From contig JAQTTB010000001.1 of NCBI GenBank assembly GCA_028710985.1, positions 19,280-83,279 of the forward strand: a DNA stretch of 64,000 bases, read 5' to 3'. The notes beneath the pieces were generated by a model. The model worked only from the letters and a program-made list of their open reading frames with translations, made no database searches and was not told the origin of the DNA. Each line of letters opens with the position of its first letter. The stretch's first letter is position 1. The position numbers were made by a program, and so were the translations under genes. The stretch is from Patescibacteria group bacterium. GTDB lineage: Bacteria; Patescibacteriota; Patescibacteriia; JAHJFT01. Shown here one piece after another: positions 37,339-45,661 of this stretch.

Positions 37339-38449
37339 ATCGTTTTATTATATTCAGGGTATCGGTCGCCGTATCTTTCCACGTGCGGTTTAATTCACCT
37401 TCTTTTATATCTGGACAAATTCTTTCATAATCAGATTCCTCGGCCAAACGAGCAATGTCTTTTTTTATTTCTTCGCGATCCATTGGATTAGTCAAAGTGG
37501 ATCTACCTTCAAAAATTTCTTCCATACCATTATCCCTGGTAATAATCAGGGGTTTCCCGAGTTTCATGCATTCCATGCCAAAATTCGGGCTGATTTCCGA
37601 AAACGAAGGCAGGATGCAGGCATAGGCCAATTTTATCCTTTCAATAACCCCTTGATGCGGAATGCCGTCAAATATTTTTATATATTCATCTGACCGGCTC
37701 TCTCGAACAATTCGTTTTAAATTATCTTTTTCGGGACCATCGCCATAAACACTCAAAAAAATCTTTTTTCCCTCGGTACGAAGCTCGACAAAAATTTTAA
37801 TTAAATCAGCCAGATTTTTTAATTTTATCAATCTGCCAGCAAATAAAAATATTTTATCCGGTTCAGCGTAACTCAATGACTGCCCTTTTAAAATCTGAGG
37901 GAATGGATTTAAAATAACGCTGCTCTTGGCCTCAATGAAAGGAAATACTTTCAAATAAATATTTCTCTGAAAATCGGTAGAAAAAATAATATGGGAACTG
38001 CGTGTTAAAACCAATTTAATAAGACGAAAGGCCATGCCACGCGTATATAAGTTTCTGCCGTAATATTCCGATAGCGTAACCCTTTGGCCGGATTCAGCCG
38101 CTTTCTCCCAAAGATAATCTCCACCGAGACGCAAAAATATTTTTTTTCTTAAATATACATTGGCAATTGCGGTTGGCAAACCAGCGCTCAATATATCAAA
38201 TGTATAAATGAGATCCGCCTTTCGTCCGTGTCGCAAGACATTAATAAAAAAGGTGAAATATCTAATATAAACACACGGCTTTCTTGAAACACCGTGGATT
38301 CTCATCCCCTCCACCGCATTTGGCTGGCCATATGTAATTATTTCGATCTCATGGCCTAATTTTTTTAGCTCCGCAGATAAATTTTCTACATACGTTGCTG
38401 GCCCGCCAATATCCGGTGGAAATATGCCCGTTGTGATCAATATCTTCAT
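37319..38449 (-). CDS. glycosyltransferase, GT4-like
   Basis: 376-aa ORF: MKILITTGIFPPDIGGPATYV...FSEISPNFGMECMKLGKPLIITRDNG. Confidence 0.8.
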   Translation of the reverse strand: MKILITTGIFPPDIGGPATYVENLSAELKKLGHEIEIITYGQPNAVEGMRIHGVSRKPCVYIRYFTFFINVLRHGRKADLIYTFDILSAGLPTAIANVYLRKKIFLRLGGDYLWEKAAESGQRVTLSEYYGRNLYTRGMAFRLIKLVLTRSSHIIFSTDFQRNIYLKVFPFIEAKSSVILNPFPQILKGQSLSYAEPDKIFLFAGRLIKLKNLADLIKIFVELRTEGKKIFLSVYGDGPEKDNLKRIVRESRSDEYIKIFDGIPHQGVIERIKLAYACILPSFSEISPNFGMECMKLGKPLIITRDNGMEEIFEGRSTLTNPMDREEIKKDIARLAEESDYERICPDIKEGELNRTWKDTATDTLNIIKRYVLAER

Positions 38450-39558
38450 TTTAAATATTTATCATATTCCCCGCTCACTTGCCGAACAACCTTATCCCAG
38501 TTGAATCTTCCCAACCCCTGAAAAGCATTATTTCTTAATCGTTCGCGCAGTTCCTGGTCGCTAAGAAGACGCTTTATGGCCGCAGCGATGGCTTCCGAAT
38601 CTCGCGGCGCAATTAAAAGCCCGGTTTGATTATCGGAAATAACATCCGGAATTCCGCCGACTCGCGTTCCTATAACTGGCGCCCCGCACGCCTGGGCTTC
38701 AATAAAGACAATACCTAAACCCTCAGCGAGCGATGGACAAATAAATATTTGAGCCTTGCCCATCTCCCTAAGTGTCTCTTCGTGCGGCAGTTTACCCAAG
38801 AGCGTAACCCTGCTCCCCAAATTCAATTCCTTTATCATCCGCTCAATTTCCTGTCTTTTATTTCCCTCCCCAACCATAACCAAATGAGCATTGGGAAATT
38901 CTTGAAAAACCGAGGGCAACGATTTTATTAAATAATCCAATCCTTTTTCCCAGGAGAGTCGCGCCACGCAGACGATTCTTCCCGGGATCGGTTCGGCCTG
39001 ACTTTGTTTTGCCAGCTCAAGGTCAACCCCATTCGGAATAATTACAACCTTGCCCTGATCGGTCCTCAATTTCTTCGCGCGTTCAGCAAGCGACGAGCTA
39101 ATCGCAGTTACAAGATCGGGCGTAGAGTGAATTCTTTTCCAAAGAAATGCGGGAATTTTCTTGCTCGGATCGTCCAGATCGCCGCTTTGTAAAGTCAGGA
39201 TTGTTGTAATTTTTTTATTAAAAATTGAAAAAAGCCACAACGCGATGCCGGCATAGCTCTCCATAACTGCATGAACCAAGTCCGGCTTTAATTTTTTGGC
39301 TAAAATTACAGCAAAAATCGGATACAGCCATTTATCAAAAGAACTGCCGATTCCAACGCGGTAGTACTTAAACTTGTCCCGCTGTTCAAATTTTGGCAGT
39401 TTCTTATCTAATCGAGCGCTGATGATTGTAAAATCATATTCTCCAGCCAGCCGTTCAACCACTTCTTTCACAAACATCTCCGCACCGCTGATAAATGGGT
39501 CGTAAAAGCAAGAAAAAATTACAATTTTTTTTTGTCCATTCATTCTATAAAAAATCAC
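38446..39558 (-). CDS. glycosyltransferase, GT4-like
   Basis: 370-aa ORF (GTG at 39558; alternative ATG at 39543, MNGQKK): LAEGLGIVFIEAQACGAPVIGTRVGGIPDVI. Confidence 0.85.
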   Translation of the reverse strand: MIFYRMNGQKKIVIFSCFYDPFISGAEMFVKEVVERLAGEYDFTIISARLDKKLPKFEQRDKFKYYRVGIGSSFDKWLYPIFAVILAKKLKPDLVHAVMESYAGIALWLFSIFNKKITTILTLQSGDLDDPSKKIPAFLWKRIHSTPDLVTAISSSLAERAKKLRTDQGKVVIIPNGVDLELAKQSQAEPIPGRIVCVARLSWEKGLDYLIKSLPSVFQEFPNAHLVMVGEGNKRQEIERMIKELNLGSRVTLLGKLPHEETLREMGKAQIFICPSLAEGLGIVFIEAQACGAPVIGTRVGGIPDVISDNQTGLLIAPRDSEAIAAAIKRLLSDQELRERLRNNAFQGLGRFNWDKVVRQVSGEYDKYLK

Positions 39559-40265
39559 TTAATTACTTTTTCCTGAATTGAACTATATTGACTACTCTTC
39601 AAAGCCTCCAGCCCCTTCATTTCGTTCTCCAGTCTTTTTATCATTTCCGGATGGGCATAGGCCTTATCAATTAACTCTTTCCATCGAGGCTCCTGCTCGA
39701 TTAATACATCTTCCGCGGAAATGAAATCCACGTCGACATCGCTATATATTGGATTGTCTTTCTGAAACTTTTTACAAAAAGCTTCCGATCTCGGAACATG
39801 ATAAGCATTCGTAACGATTAAAATATGGTTCCAAAAATTTTCCTTTGCTATCCTGAATAGTTCTTCAAAATTCTGCTTGGTATTTTTGGAAACTTTTTCA
39901 ACAAAAATCGATTCTTCCGGTATTCCTCTTCCCACTAACTCTTTTTTCATCAACTCACTTTCCTCCGGCGTCTCCGGTGGCTCGCTTTCAAGATAGTTAG
40001 GCTTTCCAGTGACAGTCAAAACGTTCTTTGCCGTGTCGCCCTTTTTAAAGAGATACTCCGTGGCAATAACTCTAATCCGGCCACCTAAGGCGCCGAATGC
40101 ATCGCCTTCGGAATAGGCCGTCGTGCGCCATCCGAATTTTTCATGCTTTCTCATTGCGCCACTCAACGTGATAATGGCGTCATAGCGATATTTATTTTCC
40201 TTTTCAACGTTAGTCTCATCAAATATTTCGCCGGTCACCGATGAGACTCCTTCGGATAATGGCAT
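39555..40265 (-). CDS. DUF218 (YdcF/ElyC/SanA-like) domain protein
   Basis: 236-aa ORF: AIITLSGAMRKHE...ILIVTNAYHVPRSEAF. Confidence 0.65.
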   Translation of the reverse strand: MPLSEGVSSVTGEIFDETNVEKENKYRYDAIITLSGAMRKHEKFGWRTTAYSEGDAFGALGGRIRVIATEYLFKKGDTAKNVLTVTGKPNYLESEPPETPEESELMKKELVGRGIPEESIFVEKVSKNTKQNFEELFRIAKENFWNHILIVTNAYHVPRSEAFCKKFQKDNPIYSDVDVDFISAEDVLIEQEPRWKELIDKAYAHPEMIKRLENEMKGLEALKSSQYSSIQEKVIK

Positions 40266-40267
40266 AT

Positions 40268-41254
40268 CTATGTTGCCGAATTATTATAGATACTTTTATA
40301 CCACTCATAAGTACGCCGCAATCCTTCGTCCAGTCCGACTTGCGGCAAGAAATCCAAAAGTTCCTTCATGCGCGTTACATCCGGACAGCGATAACGGATA
40401 TCAGCCCTTTTTCCTTCAACGAACACGGGTTGAAGATCTTCACGGCCCGAAATTTTGATAATCTTTTCCGCCAAATCCAATATCGTGGTCTGCCGACCCA
40501 TTCCAATATTTATAACCTGACCATTTGTCTTTTCCGTAAGAAGCGCCCGAACTTGTGATTCAATATTATCATCAATATAAATAAAATCACGCGTCATCAT
40601 ACCATCACCATAAACTGTGGGCGATTTACCATCCAAAACCTGACGGATAAACACTCCGGTTACAAATCCATAGGCCGAGGACTCTTGGCGCGGTCCGTAA
40701 ACATTAAAGAAGCGCAGGGCTGTGGCCGGCAGATTAAACTTATCGTTATATCCTAAAAACATATTCTCACCAATTAGCTTGGTCAATGCGTAAGTATCGC
40801 GCGAACGCGGATTATGCACTCCGTCCTCTTTCTCCGGCAAAGTCACCGGCTCACCATAAGCTTCGGATGACGATGAAAAAACAATCTTCTTAACACCCTT
40901 AATGAGCGACAACTCCAAAATATTTTTATATCCATCGATATCACGAAGCGGCAAAAGCGGATTTTCTTGAACTCGCTTCACTCCGACCACGGCTGCTAAA
41001 TGAAAAACATAATCAATCGGATTCATCAAAAAAACATCCCTGAGTTCTTCGTAGACGCAAACATCGCCTTCAATGAATTTAAAATTCGGATTTTCGCGAA
41101 AACTAGAAAAATTTTCCAGTTTGCCCGTGCTCAAATCGTCAATAACTATTACCTTAGCTCCTTCACGGAGCAAGCGATCCGTCAAGTGTGAACCCACGAA
41201 CCCGGCCCCGCCGGTCACAAGAACACTCTTGTCTTTTAGTTGAGAATAGTCCAT
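40268..41254 (-). CDS. NAD-dependent nucleotide-sugar epimerase/dehydratase; first gene of the long minus-strand operon
   Basis: 328-aa ORF: VLVTGGAGFVGSHLTDRLL, SSSSEAYG, YALTKLIGE. Confidence 0.85.
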   Translation of the reverse strand: MDYSQLKDKSVLVTGGAGFVGSHLTDRLLREGAKVIVIDDLSTGKLENFSSFRENPNFKFIEGDVCVYEELRDVFLMNPIDYVFHLAAVVGVKRVQENPLLPLRDIDGYKNILELSLIKGVKKIVFSSSSEAYGEPVTLPEKEDGVHNPRSRDTYALTKLIGENMFLGYNDKFNLPATALRFFNVYGPRQESSAYGFVTGVFIRQVLDGKSPTVYGDGMMTRDFIYIDDNIESQVRALLTEKTNGQVINIGMGRQTTILDLAEKIIKISGREDLQPVFVEGKRADIRYRCPDVTRMKELLDFLPQVGLDEGLRRTYEWYKSIYNNSAT

Positions 41255-41302
41255 ATTTTGAGTAGAATTAGCTGTTTTATTGACTTGAAATTAATATAAC
41301 AT

Positions 41303-41337
41303 TAGACTATTATATATATATTGAGTATAATCGTCAA
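41303..41337. promoter_or_regulatory. overlapping divergent sigma70-type promoters
   Basis: Minus strand: TTGACG (41337-41332), 17 nt, TATAAT (41314-41309), facing the 22-gene glycan operon. Plus strand: TAGACT (41303-41308), 17 nt, TATAAT (41326-41331), facing the four-helix-bundle gene. Confidence 0.55.
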
Positions 41338-41396
41338 GAACGAATTTTTGGCTATATCAAGAGAAAAAACAAAAAAAAGAAATAGAGAAAAAGACT

Positions 41397-41789
41397 ATGG
41401 GCGAAACTATCAAATCATTTGAGGACTTGCTCGTTTGGCAAGAGTCGCACAAGCTCATGATTGACGCTTATGGGTTCGCGGACCGCTATTTGCCGCCGGA
41501 AGAAAAATACAATCGCATTTCTCAAATAAAACGCTGTTCAAGCTCAATCCCTGCCAATATCGCCGAAGGTTATGGTCGATTTCATTTCTTGGAAAATATC
41601 CAATATTGCCGGCAAGCCCGAGGTTCACTTGATGAACTTAAAAACCACATCATCGCCGCCCGAGACCTAAAGCAGGCTCCTCCGGAAGAATGTGCCAAAT
41701 TTATCCAAAAATGCAATTATGTACGGGCTATCCTAAATAACTACATTAACAAAACTCATGATCTCTATATTGAAAATAAGCAAAAATAG
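41397..41789 (+). CDS. four-helix-bundle protein (23S rRNA intervening-sequence protein family)
   Basis: 130-aa ORF: FEDLLVWQESHKLMIDAYGF...RISQIKRCSSSIPANIAEGYGRFHFLENIQYCRQARGSLDELKNHI. Confidence 0.85.
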   Translation: MGETIKSFEDLLVWQESHKLMIDAYGFADRYLPPEEKYNRISQIKRCSSSIPANIAEGYGRFHFLENIQYCRQARGSLDELKNHIIAARDLKQAPPEECAKFIQKCNYVRAILNNYINKTHDLYIENKQK

Positions 41790-41854
41790 TATATCACCCG
41801 TTTGACCACATTTTTCTTCTTTTCTCTTTTTCCTTATTTCTCAATACAACCCTC

Positions 41855-43021
41855 ATGCCACCAAATTCCCCAAAAAAGAAATTATTGCATCTCATTACTC
41901 AACCAACGTGGGGCGGCGCCCAGCGCTATATTTTTGATTTGGCCTCAAGCCTCAAGGACGAATTCGACATCACGGTCGCGTCCGGCCCGCTTCGCCAAAG
42001 CGAAAGCGAGGCGAGCGAAATTAAGGATGGCCGCGAGCTCCTTGACCGTCTTGAGGCCCAGGGCATAAAGACACGTGTTTTCCCTCACCTTATCCGTGCC
42101 ATCAATCCAATAAGAGATTTGCAGGCTTTTATACAAATCTTCGTATATCTATACGCCAATAAATTCGATACCATCCACTTAAATAGCAGCAAAGCCGGCG
42201 TCCTCGGCTCCATCGCCGCTAATATTCAGTCGGTTCCGAAAATAATTTATACCGCACATGGCTGGGTTTTTAATGAACCCATGCCAACCTGGAAAAAGAG
42301 ATTCTATAAATGGGCCGAACGCCTGAGCGCCAAACATAAAACAAAGATTGTCACCCTTTCCCGTTTAGAAACCGAGATCGGGGTACTTGAGCGCATTGCG
42401 CCGGCTGAAAAATTTGTACAAATCTATCACGGCGTAAAACCGATTGAATTTCTTTCATCCGATCAGGCCCGCGACGAACTAAAAATACCGCGCCAGATTC
42501 CGGTAATCGGTTGCATTGCCAATTTTTATGAAACCAAGGGCCTGGAATATATCGTCAAAGCCTGGCCGCAAATCATCGCCGCAATTCCTGACGCCCAGCT
42601 CGTGATTATCGGCGATGGCGCGCTTCGAAAAAAACTTGAATCGCTGATTAAAAAATTAAATCTTGATGAAAACATTGCGCTTGCCGGCTCCCGGCCCGAT
42701 GCTTCAAAATATTTAAAAGCTTTTGATGTTTTCGCGCTCCCGTCGGTTAAAGAAGGCCTTCCCTACGTGATTCTTGAGGCCATGCAAGCCGGTGTTCCGA
42801 TCGTGGCGACGCGCGTCGGCGGCATTCCAGAGATGATTGAGGACGGCGCAAGCGGCCGGCTCGTCCCGCCGGCTGATTCGGCCGCCCTTGCAACCGCGAT
42901 TATAAAAATTCTGCAAAACAAAAATCTCGGCGAGTCATACGCCGAGAACGCGCGCCAAACGCTGACGCAAAAATTCAGCTTTGAAAGAATGATCGAACAA
43001 ACCCGATCGTTATACAACTGA
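41855..43021 (+). CDS. glycosyltransferase, GT4-like
   Basis: 388-aa ORF: KLLHLITQPTWGGAQRYIFDL...VKEGLPYVILEAMQAGVPIVATRVGGIPEMI. Confidence 0.85.
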   Translation: MPPNSPKKKLLHLITQPTWGGAQRYIFDLASSLKDEFDITVASGPLRQSESEASEIKDGRELLDRLEAQGIKTRVFPHLIRAINPIRDLQAFIQIFVYLYANKFDTIHLNSSKAGVLGSIAANIQSVPKIIYTAHGWVFNEPMPTWKKRFYKWAERLSAKHKTKIVTLSRLETEIGVLERIAPAEKFVQIYHGVKPIEFLSSDQARDELKIPRQIPVIGCIANFYETKGLEYIVKAWPQIIAAIPDAQLVIIGDGALRKKLESLIKKLNLDENIALAGSRPDASKYLKAFDVFALPSVKEGLPYVILEAMQAGVPIVATRVGGIPEMIEDGASGRLVPPADSAALATAIIKILQNKNLGESYAENARQTLTQKFSFERMIEQTRSLYN

Positions 43022-43028
43022 GCATCAA

Positions 43029-43263
43029 TAAAATCCCTCTCTGCCTCTCCCTTCCTGCCTGCCGGCAGGCAGGTTGCATACTTTTGGTTACAAAAGTATG
43101 TCCTGCTGAAAGCAAACAAGAGTGGTGCTAGAAAAGATAATTATTGCCCAGACAGGTGGCAGGCAAGAACTTAAAAATCCCAATATTAAAACAACTTGTA
43201 CGATAATATATAATAGGATTCCCCCGGTACATTGAACCTGGATTCCCGCCTTCGCGGGAATGA
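43029..43263 (+). repeat. mosaic palindromic-unit repeat, copy A
   Basis: In order: AAAATCCCTCTCTG..CTCTCCC; the 20-nt perfect palindrome CCTGCCTGCCGGCAGGCAGG (43053-43072); the hairpin CATACTTTTG-GTTA-CAAAAGTATG; a ~130-nt body; and the REP hairpin TGGATTCCCGCCTTCGCGGGAATGAC (43238-43263). 43051-43263 aligns with 56985-57198 at roughly 85-90% identity by eye. Confidence 0.85.
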
Positions 43264-43370
43264 CAAAAGTAAGGCAGGAATGACAAATGGCGCTAAGATT
43301 TTTATAGCAAGATTCCCGCCGGAGCCTGCCCTCATGCAAATGGGGGGGGTGGCTAAAAATATCGTCAACC

Positions 43371-43405
43371 AAAAAACCACTCCGACGTTACGTCGAAGTG
43401 GTTTT
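43371..43405. terminator. bidirectional terminator after the Wzy_C-TPR gene
   Basis: AAAAAACCACTCCGACG-TTA-CGTCGAAGTGGTTTT: ~11-bp GC-rich stem with one mismatch, flanked by an A-run and a T-run. It lies 12 nt downstream of the stop at 43417. Confidence 0.65.
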
Positions 43406-43416
43406 GAATTTTAATC

Positions 43417-45660
43417 TTATTGCCCCGCCTTCGCTTCTTTCTCGTCAATCATTTTCAGAAACTCATCCGTATCCGCGGATATTGAGGGATCCAACTGTTT
43501 GGCAATATTCGCGTACAACCGCGCGAGCTCATACTCCCCGACTTCAAAATATGCCGCCGCAATACCGGCATATAACCGCGGATCGTTTTCATCAATATTG
43601 TCAATCGCAAAATTATAAAGTTCAATCACCCTCGGCATATTGCCGGCTTTAGCATTAAGTTCAACCATCGCCGCCACTTCCGGAAGATTTACCGGATGTC
43701 CGCCGATTGATGCCGATTTTTCAAATGCCTCAAGTGCTTTATCTTCCCACTCGGCCTCATAGTATGCAATACCTAAATTCCACCATGACTCCGTGACATT
43801 GGGATCGAGGTTCACTGTCTCCAGATAATACTGGACAGCCTCATCGGTGCGGCCAAGATTCAAGAGCGCCTTACCGCGCACAAAACGCAACTGCTGACGA
43901 TCGGGAGAATACCTTAGCGCCTCATCAATGTCCGCGAGCGCCTGTTCATGGTGCGTCGGATCAATCTTACCAAGCTCGAGCTGAATCAAGCTCATGAGAT
44001 AATAATTATATATATTCATGGGATGAAGCGGCACAGTTGCCTTTAGCGCATCGTATGATCGCTCAAGATACTCAGCGAGCTCATCGCTTGGCATTTGCAT
44101 TGAGCGGCTAATTTGCGCCATCTCTCGGCTATAGTAAAGAGGAACCAAATCCGGATATTGGTTTGAGATAGCCATGCCTTTTTCAAATGCTGCGGCCGAA
44201 CCTTTATAATCCCCTGCCTGTGACGCAATCACTCCGCTCCGCACCCAGGTGGAAGCAAACGCGGTCCGAAAAGTAAATAAATACAAAACCGCAAACGAAA
44301 AAATTATCAAGACCGCGAGCCACGCTCCGGCAACGGCTGGAGTATTGATAAACAATCTTCCCTCTTTTTTCGGTTCGGTTGTCTCGCTCTGCCACCAGGC
44401 CAGGCAGAAATAAAACATAATCAATGCATTCGGCTGGTCAAAGATAAAAAGATTTTGCACGAAATATCCGATCAGAATTCCAATTGAGCCGCAATAAATA
44501 TGGGTATCGATTTTACCGCCCTTGAAGGCTTTGGTGAGCTGAATGATTATGAGAGCGAATAAGGCGAGATATGCCGCCGTACCGACCACGCCCGTATTAT
44601 TCAGCATATCCATCATCTGGTTATGCGCATGGTCAAACCATGTTTCGTAGAACGAAAACTCCAGTGACTTTGGATTGTAGTATTTATTGAAAGTATAAAA
44701 ATAATTTTCCGGACCCCAACCAAAAACCGGACGCTCCAAGAATCCCTTCCACGCGATTTCCCAAGCAATAAAGCGCGTCGCCGCCGTGCCACCGGTTAAC
44801 GAAATATCTCGGAAGCGATTGAGGCCGGGAACCTGCGCGGTCCAGGCCTGATCTTTAATCAGCCAAAATCCAGCCGACGCAAGGATTATTGCCAAAAATA
44901 TACCCGCGGAAATTATGCGGATCTTTTTATTATTTTTAAGTATTGCGTAAAGCGCGAGATACACGAGCCCGGCGAGAAAAACTCCAACCATTGCGCCGCG
45001 TGTTTCGGCGAAAAGAAAAGCCAAGAACTGTATTGCGAGCATGGCTCCCCACATTGCCTTGGTTGACCACCGCACGGCTTTTTGCAGAAGAACGAGCGTA
45101 ATGAACATAGTGAAAATCAAATACGCAGCCAAGAAAATCGGATTATTCATAAACGCGCCGGTACGAGCGCCGGTTTGCAGCACCAATTCCGGCGCCACGC
45201 GCTGGATAAAAGCGACAAACGACAGCGCCACGCTCACACCCACATTGAAAATTAAAACTTTTTTCCATTCGCGCCAGCCGCGGAAAACCGAAATTGCCAT
45301 AAAATAAAACAGGAGATAATGGAGAAGCGGCCAAAAACCGGTCATACGTTCGTGATAACTCCAGAAGCTGCGATTCGAATCAACGCCAAAAATCACGGCT
45401 AAAAAAAGTCCGATGAAATACGCCGCAAGCCCGTACATAATAAGCGACCGCCGCGGCCGGTATTCCGGCTTGCGCGCGAGAAGATATATATACCACGGCA
45501 ACGCGCTCATGAGCACGATCATAAGATAGACCGTCTTGCCAAAAATATACGGGTAAACCGTCCATGGCAAAAAAATAAACGGCATCACGAGAGCCGCATA
45601 TACGCTAATTTTTACCCACCAATATGCGATGCGGTCCATTGTTTCAAGATTGTTATTCAT
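43417..45660 (-). CDS. O-antigen ligase family (Wzy_C) polytopic membrane protein with C-terminal TPR domain
   Basis: 747 aa: FAETRGAMVGVF...RFIAWEIAWKGFLERPVFGWGPENYF...WFDHAHNQMMDMLNNTGVVG. The last ~250 aa are TPR-like (ALRYSPDRQQLRFVRGKALLNLGRTDEAVQYYLETVNLDPN...). Confidence 0.85.
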   Translation of the reverse strand: MNNNLETMDRIAYWWVKISVYAALVMPFIFLPWTVYPYIFGKTVYLMIVLMSALPWYIYLLARKPEYRPRRSLIMYGLAAYFIGLFLAVIFGVDSNRSFWSYHERMTGFWPLLHYLLFYFMAISVFRGWREWKKVLIFNVGVSVALSFVAFIQRVAPELVLQTGARTGAFMNNPIFLAAYLIFTMFITLVLLQKAVRWSTKAMWGAMLAIQFLAFLFAETRGAMVGVFLAGLVYLALYAILKNNKKIRIISAGIFLAIILASAGFWLIKDQAWTAQVPGLNRFRDISLTGGTAATRFIAWEIAWKGFLERPVFGWGPENYFYTFNKYYNPKSLEFSFYETWFDHAHNQMMDMLNNTGVVGTAAYLALFALIIIQLTKAFKGGKIDTHIYCGSIGILIGYFVQNLFIFDQPNALIMFYFCLAWWQSETTEPKKEGRLFINTPAVAGAWLAVLIIFSFAVLYLFTFRTAFASTWVRSGVIASQAGDYKGSAAAFEKGMAISNQYPDLVPLYYSREMAQISRSMQMPSDELAEYLERSYDALKATVPLHPMNIYNYYLMSLIQLELGKIDPTHHEQALADIDEALRYSPDRQQLRFVRGKALLNLGRTDEAVQYYLETVNLDPNVTESWWNLGIAYYEAEWEDKALEAFEKSASIGGHPVNLPEVAAMVELNAKAGNMPRVIELYNFAIDNIDENDPRLYAGIAAAYFEVGEYELARLYANIAKQLDPSISADTDEFLKMIDEKEAKAGQ

Positions 45661-45661
45661 A

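Noticed and set aside
16005-41337. The AT-rich block as a classical integrative genomic island or prophage
   Set aside because: No integrase, transposase, tRNA attachment site or flanking direct repeat was seen. A variable polysaccharide-locus core is the more economical explanation.
41397-41789. Presence of a 23S-IVS-type four-helix-bundle gene as evidence for an adjacent rRNA operon
   Set aside because: No rRNA-like sequence is visible anywhere in the window. The gene is free-standing between protein-coding operons.
43088-43380. ORFs 43088-43372 and 43186-43380, and likewise 57061-57345, 57194-57412 and 11702-11905, encoding peptides such as VIPAKAGIQVQCTGGILL, LDSRLRGNDK and SFPRRRESR
   Set aside because: They are translations of the REP and mosaic palindromic repeats. 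They have no RBS and no coding-like composition, and the same pseudo-peptides arise wherever the hairpin occurs. They are treated as non-coding repeats.
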